A stretch of 64,000 nucleotides of DNA, taken from the NCBI GenBank assembly GCA_907165135.1, contig OU015566.1, positions 6,572,001 to 6,636,000 of the forward strand, in the 5' to 3' direction. Made by a program: the position numbers and the translations under genes. This document shows positions 20,625 to 34,037 of this stretch, in pieces. The DNA comes from Oikopleura dioica. Its lineage: Eukaryota; Animalia; Chordata. How positions within the stretch are numbered: the stretch's first letter is position 1; every line of letters begins with the position of its first letter. Under the pieces are notes generated by a model. That model worked only from the letters and a program-made list of their open reading frames with translations. It did no database searches and was not told the DNA's origin.

Positions 20625-21893
20625 ATGAGCGATCGGGAGGAGAAGGATGACAAGGACGAAGAAGAAGTGTCGATGCTTATGTCCCAGTGCAAGAACAAGA
20701 GCCTAGAAAACGTACGTCTGAAAAATTTGGTCATTGTTATCGAAAAAATCAAGGTCTCCGAACACTGCACCGGCGCCGTTCAATCGCCAACAATCAGCTC
20801 TATCTGCAACTCGCCACTCCGCCCACTCTCCAACAATGAGAATTCTAACTCCTCTCCTCCTGGCCCATCTTCAAGAAGTCGCCACAGCTCGATGTCTGGC
20901 GATCATTGGGTGACGCCTACTCTGAGGAAAGAACTCGCCGCTGCATTGGAGCAAAACGCCAAACTGGAAGAGAGAATCAAAAAACTCCTCGCCGAAATTG
21001 ATGAAAAAGACGAACGAATAAGAATTCTTGAAGAAGAGCATCAGCGACAATTTAACGCAGCTGCCGGTTTTATTTTGAGCTCCCCTGAGCCGGCACCCAA
21101 AAGAGTTCGACGACCAAAGAGGCCAAAGAAAGTTAAAAAGGTGCGCCTTCATTGCATTTTTCTCACTTATCCTCCATCATTAGTTCATCGACGATTATGA
21201 CGAAGATGAGTTTTTCCACAGCTTTTCACCTGTCTCCAACGAGCAAGCTGGTCCCTCCACCTCGGTTTCTCTTCCTTCAAAGATGTACCGGACGCAGCAC
21301 AAGTCCCGAACTTATGACATCCTCAGCGGGCCGCCTCCAACCTCGAACTTGAAATTCGAGCGGGGGATTTCGACCACTCGCGTTCCGTACTATAGAAATA
21401 TCTATTCTAGCGCCGATGCATCGATTGTTATGAGCACGGAAAAGCCACAAGTACCCACGTGGAGAGTGAACGAGATCAAATCGGATGAAGAAGACGACGA
21501 ACCGGCAACTGATCCAGAAGAAGATGACCTCTCTGACTCCGTCTTTCTCAAACGCCACGAAAAAGCGGAAGAGCAAGAAAGAGCGATTATTAAAAAGGAT
21601 CAATCGTATCAAAGAGAGCAGTTTTACTACTCCCGTCTCAAGGTATGATATGAGTCGTTATTGATTTCAGTTGAAAACCTTTCTTTTCCCAGAAATCTAC
21701 CATGCCAGACCCAAAATCGGTGAAAACGTTGTACCCCTCTTTCGACGAGATCGAAAAGATCAGCGTTACAAAATCGCTTCCCCTGTCAATCTGGGGAAGC
21801 AACTTACCCAAACTTGTCGAGCAACCATTTTCGCTGCCCTGGCTCACCACAATGGAGGAAGTCAAAGCCAAAACGTCGTCCACCTTAACTTAA
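20625..21893 (+). CDS. MSL1: Male-specific lethal 1 homologue (PEHE domain)
   Basis: Coiled coil, then VPTWRV...DDLSDSVFLKRHEKAEEQERA...QREQ...RLK and LYPSFDEIEKISVTKSLPLSIWGSNLPKL, matching the MSL1 PEHE and C-terminal motifs. Confidence 0.75.
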
Positions 21894-22429
21894 AAAAATA
21901 CGATCAACAATCAATTCTATCTATTCTTCTTAAACTTTATCCTTAAAGTGCTTTTATCTGTCTTTTCTTTTACTCTAATGCAATGTATCTTGCCCGTCCT
22001 TGCGCCAATATCTTGGACATTTTTTTCTTGCGAAACTCGTTTTTTTTTTTTATTTATTTTTGTCAATTTTGTCAAATCAACTTTTGATTTTCAATCAATC
22101 AACTTTTCAAAAATCGGTGCAGCTCTTTGAAAAACAAACTCGCTGTATGTGTCTTCTTAGAATTAATATTTTTCTTGACCTATCCCTGTCCGAAACAAGT
22201 CATAGCTATCGATTTCATTCTAAATTGAAGCTACTAGTCTGTTCTTACCAATCAACCTATTGTAGGATAAATCGGTATCAAAAGAAAAAAAACGTCTTTT
22301 TTACTTTTACCTTCGCGCTCCGATCAGTTCAAAGTTAATCGCCCCGTCTTATTTATTTCTTCTGCCTTTTATATATTTTATTTTTTTTTCTTAAAAATTT
22401 TTACACGAGCAAAATAAACGAGCACCAAG

Positions 22430-25400
22430 CGGTTCAGAATTAACGGGAACGGGACGTTGCCCCGTAAACGGGGTCGGCCCGCTGCGGTTCCGCGGAACCC
22501 AAATAATACCGGCCCCATGAAGTGCGCTCCTGTTCTATCTAATGGAATCGGCAGAAATTCTAGAGCTGGTACTTCTGGTCTCATTGAGCGCATTTTCCCA
22601 GAGCTTTATGCAAAACGACAAGGCATGTATTCATTTTCTTATGCAGGAAATTCAACTCTTTGTAGAATATCTCGAGCAACTTGACGATTCTGAAGAAAGT
22701 GACGATGAAGATATTCTAGGCGAAATCGAGCAATTAAAGAGAAAGGGCAAATGGTTCGAAAAAGAGGTTTGTTTTGAATTCGTTCTCCTCCTTGATATCA
22801 CCAAAAATAAGGAAGTAAAAAGAGCAACGAAACCACCACCCCCAGACGATCTCCTGGACGTCTACCGCTCCAAAACGCCATGGGAACATGTTTGCAAAGA
22901 AGCTGCCAAAATCGGATCAGACTGGATGATGGAACGAAAATACAGACGAATTTTGACGAGGAAAGCTATTCTCGGCGTGCGAAAACTTCATCGAGACAAG
23001 GTTAATAATAAGAATAAAAACGATGAAAACGCATTGAATAAATATATATTATTGCAAATTGAATTGAAACACACTTTTCTTGTTGATGAACTTGTCGAAA
23101 TTGATCGTACTAATCATACGTCGGGATTCATAAGAGCCATGACAAGGTCGTCGATGTAGAATTCGTCTTGCTTCATTGTGTCGAACTCGTCCATGAAATC
23201 TTTGATATCTTCATCGGTCAGGAAATCGCCAAAGTCTTGAAGAAACTCTCGAAGATTCTCTATAAAGTTTTGATAAAGAAGTCATCTGAAAGATAATCAG
23301 AAATCTACCTCCTTTGATGAGATAACCGATTTCTCCAGACTCGTAAACTTTTGGCTCTTCCAGTGGCTTGAGCGCTGCATAGAGCTGCTCCTCAGTTGGT
23401 TGTTTATCCGCCGTAAAAAGGATCAACTCCATGAACTCTTCGAAAGTGATTCCCTTTGCATTGTAGGCTTTGTCGACGGATGTACTTGAGATGCCTTCAC
23501 TTGGCGCGCTTTCATCTTTGACTGAAGTTTCTGTCTCTGGATCGATGTCCTTTTCTTCATCATCGCTAAAGAATAAGATACAATTGTTTTGTGTCCTACT
23601 TGGTTTGACTCGATCAGAATCTGATCTTAAGATATAAAATAGAACGTACCCATGAATCTTGTTCAAAAACGAATTGATAAGCGTATCAGTAGCAACAATT
23701 GTCGTCTGCCGGAGAGCATCTCCAACAGATTCGTAAGGAATCAAGTCGCATTTTGCATAATCCTTGAAGACATTCAATGCCTGTTCTTCAATTTCTCCAC
23801 TCATTTTTCTCCTTTTTAAAATTCAACTATTTTGCTTTCCTTAAAAGCAGATTGATTGTACTCTCTATTCTAGAGATTGAGTTAGAGGAGCACTCTTTTA
23901 AAACTACTTTAGCTCGCCGAAGTTGAGCGCCAACAAAAGGTGAAACAAGAGGCGCAAAAGAAGCTCGCTCAGCAGGTTGGCAAGATGATCATGGCGGAGT
24001 TCTGGGAGAAAATCAAAATGGTCTCTGAAGTGATCAAGGAGCAGAAAGAAGCAGCGGAGATGAAGAAACAGCTCGACGCGGATTTAGACGACATGGTCAG
24101 CCTTTTTTATCGCCAACTTTTTTCCTAAAAATATTTTAGGTTAATCAAACGCAAAAGTTCTCCCACTCCGTCGTACAGAATCTCCAGCGTCCTTCCAGCC
24201 CAACATCTTCGACCTCATCCAAAAGAACGGATGCCATGAGCACTGCTGATTCCAGAGCAGCATCAGACTATGAAATTTCTGATGAAGATTCCGACGCTTC
24301 CGCCTCAATCGCTTCCAGCGAAGAAGATCAATCAGAAGACGAACTTAAGCAGCTAGAAGATCAGCAAGATGACGATCTACTGGAAATTTATGCAAAGCTT
24401 TATGGCCACAATCTTCCGCAAAAAGAAGAAGTCAAAAAGGAAGAAACAGTCAAAGAAGAACCAGAAGAGCCAGAAAATCCTGAGAAAAAGCCGAAACTCG
24501 AAAGACTAGATAAAATTATTCAAGAAAAAAGTATTACACCAGATCTACCAGAAACGCCTGAAAGCCCAAAAGACGAAAAAACAGAAAATCTGAACAAAAT
24601 CACGAGAACTGCGCGATCTATGCTTCCGACAGGCCTAACGCTTGGAGAGAATCATGTCAAAACTCCGATTCCTTCGCTGATGAAGGGAAAATTGAGGGAC
24701 TACCAGCACATCGGGCTAGATTGGCTGGTTTCGTTGCATGATCAAGATTTGAATGGGATTCTGGCGGATGAAATGGGTCTTGGAAAAACTATTCAGACTA
24801 TTTCTCTCCTCGCTCATCTAGCAGTAAACCAAGGCCAATGGGGCCCCCATTTAGTCGTCGTCCCCACATCTGTACTTCTCAACTGGGACTTAGAATTCAA
24901 GAAGTGGTTTCCAGGCTTCAAAGTAATCGCCTATTACGGGACGCAAAAAGAACGCAAGGAAAAACGCCGCGGCTGGTCTCGAGAGAATATGTTTCACTGC
25001 GTCATTACGAGTTACAATTTGGTGATTCAAGATCAGCGAATGTTCAAGAGGAAAGATTGGAATTATTTGATTCTGGATGAAGCGCACAATATAAAAAATT
25101 GGATGTCGCAAAGGTGGCAGACTCTCTTGGGCTTCAAATCGGAACACAGACTTTTACTTACCGGAACGCCATTGCAAAACGACTTGTTGGAGCTTTGGGC
25201 GTTGTTGCACTTTCTGATGCCAGATTTATTCGAATCGCGAAAGGGGTTTTCGGAATGGTTTCATCGGCCGATTGGTGATATGGTCGAAGGATCAGCCGAG
25301 TACAACAAAAAACTCGTCGAGCGGCTTCATAAAGTTTTGAGGCCGTTTTTGCTGCGGAGATTGAAATCTGAGGTGGAACAGCAAATGCCGAAAAAGTATG

Positions 25401-27874
25401 AGCACGTCGTGTACTGTCATTTGTCGAAGAGGCAACGAGCACTATATGAAGATTATATCTGCCGAACGGACACTCAAGAGAGGATGAAATGCGGTGGATA
25501 TATTGGCATCATCGGCGTCATCATGAATCTTAGAAAAGTAAAATTTACCAAAATAATCAACAAAAACTAATTTTGTTTGAGGTTTGCAACCATCCAGATC
25601 TACTGGAGCCTCGTCCTGTCGAATCACCATTTCTCCTTCCTCGTTTATCATTGTCACTTCCACGCATTTGCGTATCAATTCTCACTCACTATCACGCTCG
25701 CGGATTTACTGGTCGTATTTGGCAGCGCTTGCCCACTACAGGTAAAGACATCAGGACTCCCTTTATGACCATTACTTCTATAGGCTACGCGCTGGATATA
25801 CGGGCCAGAACGGAGCTCAGTATCTTCAACACATTCACGATCAACAAACTCGATGCTAGCAAAGAATATTACAATTTATACTTGATGGAATATCAAAAAT
25901 ATAAAAAGAAGAAACCGCCCAAAGGATATGAATGGTTGGCCTATCGAAGGCAGCAGAAAAACAAATCCAAATATAAAACCATGTACAGGTGAGCCCTTCA
26001 CTAAAAGTTCCTCCCTTACTTCTTCTTCAGCACTAATCGCAACCGATGCACCGTCCTACCAGCACCATCTCACTTTGCCCCAGCTAATGTTCGGCAGTTA
26101 CTAAATATTCCGATCACAGAAAAACTCGCTTTTCAAACCTTATCACCAATTTCCGAAGTTCTCAAGAAAAAAATCTCCTGTTATTGCGCTGCAGCCGAAG
26201 CACCAGGTAAAAAATCTCATATGATATTATCTCTTATTGTCCCTTAGTTCCTATCTTGGACGTGAGCTCCCCGATGTACCACATTCGAGAGCGGGAATTG
26301 AGCAAAAATATCGCTGACAACACGATTTCTATACGAGTGAAAACTCACGCTGAAGATCTTGCAAGAAGGGTTCAGTTGCCTGAAACGAGGCTTATACAGT
26401 ACGATTGTGGAAAGCTCCAGACTCTTTATAATCTTATTTATCAGAAATTAAAACCCAACGGTAAAAAGCGATCTCGAAAACCTCTTGATTTCGATGATTT
26501 TTTAGGCCATCGAGCGTTGATTTTCACGCAAATGACGAAGATGCTCGATGTCTTGGAACGATTCCTGTCGTATCATGCTTTGACTTATAGTCGTCTTGAT
26601 GGCTCAACTGCGCCTGAAGCCCGTATACAAATCATGGAAACATTCAACAGGGATCCGAAAATCTTCTGCATGATTCTTTCGACAAGATCTGGTGGAATCG
26701 GTGTCAATCTTACAGGTGCGGATACTGTGATTTTCTACGACTCTGATTGGAATCCAACGATTGATGCTCAAGCGCAAGACCGGTAAAATCATAATCTTTC
26801 GATTTCAGTTGTAATTATTTCTCTTCTAGAGCTCACCGAATAGGACAGACGAGAGACGTGCACATTTACAGATTTATCGCGAAAGATACAATAGAAGAAA
26901 ATATTTTGAAGAAGGCAAATTATAAACGAAAGCTAGGGAATGTTGCAATTGAGGAAGGACGGTTCAACATCGAGGGGCTCAAAGAAGATCAACTTCGTGT
27001 TCTCATCGAGGTAAATTCACGCTATAAACTCCGGTCCTTATTCTTTTCAAGGGTAAAGAAGACGATGATGAATCGATGGAGGCCTCTTCGGAAGAACCAG
27101 AGTCGAACGAAAGCGTGAAAAACAATCTCGCCGCGGTCGAAGACGCGGACGATCAAGAAGCAGCCAAGGTCATCCTCGACGAAGTCGGCGAAGATGAAGA
27201 AGAGTTCCAGGAAGAAAGTGACGAAGATATTGAAGATAAACTTACGCCGCTTGAGCAAATGTCGTTGAAGTGGTTCCTTGAAGATCAAGCCCGGACGATC
27301 GCCGAAGAGGAAGCTCAGAAAGCAGAAGAAGCGAGGATACGAAAGTTGAAAGAGGAGGCGAAGGCCAAAGCAAATCCTCCAGTTTCGATTTCTAAGGTAA
27401 TGATCCCTCTATCATTCGTTATTAAAACGTTCATCTTTCAGAATTTCCTGCCAAATAAACGCTCCCAACGAATCGACAAACGGCTGAAGCATGAGAGAGC
27501 GATGGAAAACGAGCTCAAGCGATGTCGTAGAACCGATAGTGACTATTACGAAGATTCCGATGAAGAAGGCTACCAACCGACTCGTCGAAAATCCTACCAA
27601 ACAAGAACGCCAAAGCCGCCAGCTCGGCGTGGGAGACCACCGCTGAACAAGGATAAAGATAAAACCACAGCGAAATCAACGGCGAAAACAGCAGATTTGC
27701 CCAAACGAAAAGCGCTCCCGAGGGATAATTCCAGCCTAAAAGTAGGGATTCTTTCCTATCAAATGAAACTTTCATCGTCATTTCTAGCTAAACAAAGTAG
27801 AAGTTCAATTTGTTGCCTGCAACCCAAGAAGAATCAGTTCAGCTCAAAGTCCTCCGTCAGAAGCAGACTGGTGA
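22430..27874 (+). CDS. SRCAP: SWR1-type Snf2 chromatin remodeller (SRCAP/domino/p400); true start codon not resolved
   Basis: AT-hook PRKRGRP, HSA domain (KTPWEHVCKEAAKIGSDWMMERKYRR / EFWEKIK), GILADEMGLGKTIQTISLLAHLA, LDEAHNIKNWMSQRWQ, a split ATPase with insert, LSTRSGGIGVNLTGADTVIFYDSDWNP and a C-terminal AT-hook RRGRPP. Confidence 0.92.
23114..23804 (-). CDS. Calmodulin/centrin-like EF-hand protein nested antisense in an SRCAP intron
   Basis: EQALNVFKDY...IPYESVGDALR; GITFEEFMELI; EEQLYAALKPLE...GYLIKG/ENLREFLQDFGDFLTDEDIKDFMDEFD...FYIDDLVMALM*, with a four-helix-pair layout and GT-AG introns. Confidence 0.75.
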
Positions 27875-28475
27875 AGATAATAAAAATTAAAAATTCCTGT
27901 CATTCAATTCACCACCTATTATTTTTAAAAATGAATAAATCAACAACTGCCAAACTAAAAATTTGCCTCGTTATTTTTGCAAAATTAGCAGTTATTTACA
28001 AAGATAGTATAATTCTGTATTATGAGTCACTAAGTGTACATTTCACGCTGTCGGCCTTGCTTAAAAACTACTTTCCAGGCGTGACCGATCGATTCAGGGC
28101 AGAGATAAATTTAAGCCTTTAGATTGGGCTACAAAATCTACCTTATAATCTACTAGCTCAATGTCCGGGCAAACAAGTGAGCCGAAGGTTTACACAGGTA
28201 AATCCAAAAATCAGTAATCAGCTCCTTAGCGTTGTAAACAGGGGTGGCTTCAGTGGAGTAGTAGAGAGCGCCTGTTTTAAAAAATTGATTGAATAAAAAA
28301 GAGGCGAGCTCGGGTTTCGGGGTTGTCCAAGAAACCAAAAGTAATCATCGCGCATTACCAGTAAAATTACTCAAACAAAATAAATCTTCCTGAGGAACAA
28401 ATCAAACATACGAGATTTTTTATAGAATAAAAAGAGAAAAGATTTGTTGAATGAAGCGAACGATGAATTTCAATT

Positions 28476-30494
28476 ATGGGCAATTTTAGATCGAAAAGGA
28501 TCGCTCCAGAAATTACAGCCGGTAATCTTTTCAATCAGTCGTAATCGATTTTTGGCGAATAACTCTATAATGATGAATTACCATAAGAATTTTTTGGGCA
28601 AAAAAATTTTGTCCGAGTTATCACTATATTCTGAAAGCGCATATCAGAATTAGTGGAATCCTAAAATTCTAGCGCCCGATGACGTCATTATGACGTCAGA
28701 AGAGATGCTTTTAGAATCAAGATGGCCAAAACTTTTTAACCGTTTTTCAGAGGGTTATTGGTTGAAATACAAGTTTTTCTTTTCGGAATATTGTTCAGCA
28801 TGAAAACTGAATAATCACCCGACATCAAACCGTCCGATATCCTCTTTAACCGGCCGGTCAAAAATAATACCGGTCGGTTCGATTAAATTTTGCTGGGTGA
28901 TTGTTCAGTTTGTCATGCTGAACAAGATTCCAAAAAGAAAAAATTGAATTTCAAACAATAACCCTCTCAAAACCGGTTAAAAAGTTTCATCTTTTGGAAC
29001 CTTTTTTGAACTTTAAATCTTCATAAATGACGCCATAATGACGTCATTAGGCGCTAGAATTTTGGGAATCCACAAATTCTGGTGTGGGCTTTCAGAATAT
29101 AGTGATACCTCGAAAAAAATTTTTTTGCCCGAAAAATTCTTATGGTAATTCATCATAATAGAATTCTTGCATCAAATTGATATGTTAATTTCAGAGGATG
29201 ATTTCAAAGAAGTTGCAGTATCATCATCGACTGAAGACTTTACGGAGCTTGAGCGTGCCAAACTCATCAATATTTGCGGCGTGGACAAGGATGGCCGCCC
29301 TGTAATTGTCGTCGCCGCTTGTCGTTTTCCGAACAATAACACAAAAGAGCATCAGCAGTTGCTCAGATTTATCAAAGCAAAATTAGGTATTGCTTTCCTT
29401 CCTTGCTCTTTTCTCATTCCGACTTTAGATATTTACGTGGAAAATGACTACTCTGTAATCTACTTCCACCACGGCTATCACAAAGCGAACAAGCCCTCAT
29501 TTGCTTGGCTCAAATCTGCCTATCAAGAGTTCGACAGAAAATACAAGAAAAACATCAAACGACTCATCGTTGTCCACCCAACAAGCTGGATGAAAATGAT
29601 CTGGACAATGATGAAGCCCTTTATTTCCGCGAAGTTTGGGCGAAAACTCCTCTATGTAAATCATCTCGCAGAGCTCAAAGAGTTCATTTGGCTAAATCAA
29701 ATTCCGATTCCAGTTGAAGTTCAAAACTTCGACGAGTCAAAGCTGAAATCTCAAGGGCTAGAGACGATAAATGACGGAACTACAATCGCCCCAGAGTCCC
29801 AGTTTTCCGTTGAGCTAGACGTACTGATTCAAAAGCAAGGAGACCTGCCGATTGTCCCGAAAGAAATTATCGAATTCTTGCTCAAAGACGACAATATCAA
29901 GATCGAGGGAATTTTCAGAAGATCCGCTTCAAACTTGGCGATAAGAGATAGCAAGACAATATACGACCAAGGAAAGACAGTTGAATTCAATGAGCCAATC
30001 CTTCCCTCTGGTAAATTTGATCGTCAAAGGATCTTTGTTTATTTAATTTTAGCGTTATTAAAACTATGGTTTCGTTCACTGCCGCGCTCGATTATACCTT
30101 CTCACTGTCTGAGAGAAATGGAAAATGTTGTCAAAGCCTCTCCAGAAAACAAAATAGAACTCATCAAAGAAACAATCATTTCTCGGATCGATGGTGCGTC
30201 GAATTTATACCGGCGATGGTTAATTCTTTTTTAGAATCACACGTGCCTCTTCTGAAATTCTTGATGAACTTCCTTGCAAAAGTAGCGGAGGAAGAAAATT
30301 CGAATAAAATGGGAAGTCCGCAACTAGCGATTGTTTTCGGGCCTTGCCTCTGCTGGAATAACTCGGTAGGTAACCACCGAACGTTACCTCTGACTGATGA
30401 TTTTCCATAGCCGTCCGGAGGAATTGAAGATATCGGGACGATCAACAACCTGATAAAGTGGTTGATTGATCACCACGAAAAGATATTTTCATGA
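28476..30494 (+). CDS. ARHGAP1: Rho GTPase-activating protein 1/8 (BCH/CRAL-TRIO + RhoGAP)
   Basis: GVDKDGRPVIVVAACRFP, YVENDYSVIYFHHG, PSFAWLKSAYQEFDRKYKKNIKRLIVVHPT and EGIFRRSAS with the arginine finger. The first exon MGNFRSKRIAPEITA is inferred. Confidence 0.9.
28561..29165. mobile_element. 605-bp foldback element with ~270-bp imperfect inverted arms
   Basis: AACTCTATAATGATGAATTACCATAAGAATTTT... is mirrored by ...AAAATTCTTATGGTAATTCATCATAATAGAATT, and homology extends almost to the centre. It lies in ARHGAP1 intron 1. Confidence 0.88.
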
Positions 30495-30729
30495 AGAAAG
30501 AGAGACGTTGACAGCTTCATTTTTTCTGTATTATTTCCTCTCAAAATGTTCTATTCTTCACCTGCAATTTTCCTTCTATGTTCAATGGAATAAATCCCCT
30601 GATGCCTATCAGAAATTTAATACGAAAAAATCAGCGTTTTCACTGATTTTTCTAAAGTAAGAGCATAAATTTATCCCAGTTTTATTTATTTTTTTCAATT
30701 TCAAACAGAAAGAAAATCATTCGATAATT

Positions 30730-33700
30730 TCAACCTTTGTCATTTTCGCCGGGGGTGGCTCGAGTCCGTGTTGCATCGAAACTTGCTGTGATTGTGGAGC
30801 CACAAAGAAGCCTAGAACAAAGATGTTTCCATATTGTAGTTCGGGAGCTTTGTAAAAAAGTAAAAGCAGTTTTGTGACATTGATTTTCCGACGTCACAAG
30901 GAAGGACTGTCTCTGACCTTGTGCGTCCGGTTGGTGTTGTTGCGGTGCAGTTGACGGCAAGTCAATCATTTCCTGCCTCGGCGGCGCTGCGCTCGTTGGC
31001 GAGTTCAACCTGAAAATCGGGTCCGTATCGTCGCGGGAAAGAAGCATCTCTTGAATAAGCGCGTCTACTTCTTGCAAGCCAAACATTTTCGTAAACTGAA
31101 ACTCTCGGAAATCCTCTCATCGATGAACAATACCTGGACAGCTTCAACAAGCTCATTTGAAATAGATTTAATCGGCGGAATCAAGCACAAAATTTCCCCA
31201 GCTCTTCCTCTTGATGCTCCATTCGCAAATATTTCCAACACGTAATCTTCCAGGTTGCAAATAAGCTTGAATAAATGAGTTAAGATGGCCATCTATTTTC
31301 AAAGACCTACCTGTTTTCTAAATTGTCGAACTCGTTTAGCTCCTTCATATGATACTTTTGGCGCAGTTGGGTCAAAGAACATTATTGCTCGCAGTATTCC
31401 ACATTCTGTTTGATCAATCTGAATGATTTTTGAACAACTGTAACTCCTACGTTTCTTCTGGGTAACGCACTTGAGAAGACCTCTCGGCGAGGTTCCCAGT
31501 GAGGTTTGTTAGAGCTCCAAGAGCTAGGTTCAGGGTTGGAAGGGGTTCGCGCGAACGCAGAACCCCACTATCAGAAATTGTGACGGACACTCCACCGATT
31601 TGGCAAAGAGATACAGGTCAGCCGCGCCGGTGTGCAATGACGCGCTTTTTTTAAGGTGGTGGAAGTTTTCTAGCCCACTTCCGCCATACCGACCCTGGAA
31701 CACCATACCTTTTCTGAATCAGCAGAAAATTTCAAGAATTTTGACCCATTAAAATTCTAGAAATCTTCACTTCCGGTCGATTCTAGAGCCGGAAAGCATC
31801 GAAATTCGGGAGTATGGGCAACTTGTGGCCTATCAAATTGATTCTCAGAAGATTCTCTATCATCTAAGAGAAAAATCAATCCCATCCACAGTCAAATCAA
31901 CCGCTAAAAACTGAAAAAAAATTCATAAATTTATGCTTTTTTCGTAGTTTTGGCGGTCGGTTTGACCGCGGTCGGATAAGTTTCTTTGAATAAATCGATA
32001 ATAAGATGATTCAGAATCTTCTGAGCATCAATTTGATGGGTCACACTTTATAAATATTCGAAAATTTCGTCAACTTCCGGCTCTAGAATCGACCGGAAGT
32101 GAAGATTTCTAGAATTTTAATGGGTCAAAATTCTTGAAATTTTCTGCTGATTCAGAAAAGGTATGGTGTTCCAGGGTCGGTATGGCGGAAGTGGGCTAGA
32201 AAACTTCCACCACCTTAAAAAAAGCGCGTCAATGGTACGGCCTCGCCATAAGGGAACCCCCTACGTGATCGAGGTTACCCTCCGCCCAGGTAAGTATGAG
32301 TTGCGAGGGACGCGCTAAGGACCCGGCCCGATCGGCGAGCGCTCGCGTTATGGTCCTTGCGTCGCGCGTTCGAAATCGATGTGCCGCGCAATTTCGGCGC
32401 GGATCGGAGAAGTTAAACTCACCCCAAGTTCTCTCATTGTTTCACAAAGCTGGTCAATGATTTTGCAAGCCAATCTTCCCATATCATTTTCTTGACAGTC
32501 CCTTCTGATAACTTGGTTGTTTGCCAAAAGCACCACCTGATTCTCCATCATTGACAGTTGATAAGTTCGCTGCGAGCACCCAATCATCAGATATTCAGCA
32601 GAAAAGGCTCTTAGCAAGGCCACCTGAACTTTTGAGGACAGTTCAGCTGAGTTCAGCTTACCTGATCATCAACTGTAAATGTAGTAAATGCGGGAATCGC
32701 TTTTGCCCATTCCACGAGAACACGCAACTGTCGATTAATACACTGAGCAACATCCTTTCTAGTTGCTTCTGAGATTCGGTCCATATCAAGTGGATCTACA
32801 GATTATTTACTGTCTGTTAAGCCTTTTTTGGGTACCTTCAGGAAACATCGTTTTGATATGCCTGAAGGCATTCTCTAGAACTTTCACGGACAAGTTCTCT
32901 TTTGAATGAGGCTCTGTTCGCTGAGGTGCTGGTCTGATCGGATCCCGTTCGTTCTGCACTGCTTCTCGTCGCATTCCAGCGCGGAAACATTTTATTAGCC
33001 GACAGTGACGGCAGGAGTTTCTGTTCGCTATCGAATCGGTTAGAGAAGGTTGATAGGAGCCGTTTACCTCTCTCAATAGTACAGTCACGCTCTCTTCTGC
33101 ACTGGTACGAATGGTTCTTCCTTATCGATCTCCTAAAGAATCCTTTGCATCCGTCACAAGAATGGGCACCGTAGTGTTTTCCAGTCGCTCGATCTCCACA
33201 TATTGCGCAGTGATTTTCTAGGGTTAGGGTTAGCGTCAGGGTGAAGGTTGGGTTAGGGTTTGAATTCCTGATTTTCCAAGGTTTCTTACGAATGGGCGCA
33301 CTTCTTGTGCTTTGGGAAGAAGTGACAGGCCGAGTACTCTGCGGCTGCACAGGGGTCAGCTCGATGGGATCTTCATGCTGCGGACGGGGGACAATGGCTT
33401 GGTTGACTAAACAGACGGGAGTCAAATGATCTGTGATCGCCCTTTGAACATGACAAAGGTCGAAGGTATTATTTAAACGCATGCTCTCTCGGCCCATACT
33501 CAGATCATTTTACAATCCTACGGCTCCAGAAATAAAGTCAAGAGCAAAAATTGATAAAATAAAAGCTAAAATCAAAAAGATGAAAAAGAGATTTATCGAA
33601 GAAGAAAAAGACTGTATAAAAGATAATTGATTTGATCGATAAAAATGACTTACGAAGAATAGGTAGAAAAGAATCCGGTAAAAGGCCGGCAAGACAGTAA

Positions 33701-34029
33701 TAAAAGCCGGTAAGTTCTACAAACTCCCTTTCTCTCATAAAGAGAATTTGAACTACAATCTGAGGCCTTTTTCTGCAAAATCTGGAGAATGTAACGAATA
33801 AAAATTTCTCTAGATAACGGAACTTATCAAACAGTACCGTTTCTGTTTAGAACATTCAAGACCTGCAGCGTTTTAGCTTTTCTTTACCTGAAGTAACTTG
33901 GATCACTTGTCCCGTCTGAGGCTGGTTGTCGCCAACATCTGCTATTTCCGATTTCACGTTTGAAATATAAAACTTGTCCGATGGTGAGCTCGAAGTCGTC
34001 ACGACCGTCGGAGGCGAGCTACTCGACAT
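30730..34029 (-). CDS. HNF4: Hepatocyte nuclear factor 4 nuclear receptor
   Basis: [33 protein letters not shown] (DGCKG P-box), [18 protein letters not shown]...DDQ/VALLRA and [17 protein letters not shown], with AF-2 DALIQEMLL. Confidence 0.95.
31638..32231. mobile_element. MITE with 157-bp perfect inverted repeat (core 31655-32214 flanked by TTAA)
   Basis: 31638-31794 is the exact reverse complement of 32075-32231, with TTAA|GGTGG...CCACC|TTAA. It lies in the large HNF4 LBD intron. Confidence 0.92.
33219..33260 (+). repeat. Interstitial telomere-like (TTAGGG)n tract
   Basis: TAGGGTTAGGGTTAGCGTCAGGGTGAAGGTTGGGTTAGGGTT within an HNF4 intron. Confidence 0.7.
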
Positions 34030-34037
34030 CTTCAAAC

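Noticed and set aside
28153-28338. Minus-strand 61-aa ORF between SRCAP and ARHGAP1
   Set aside because: There is a plausible acceptor but no convincing start, domain or terminal exon, so it cannot be supported.
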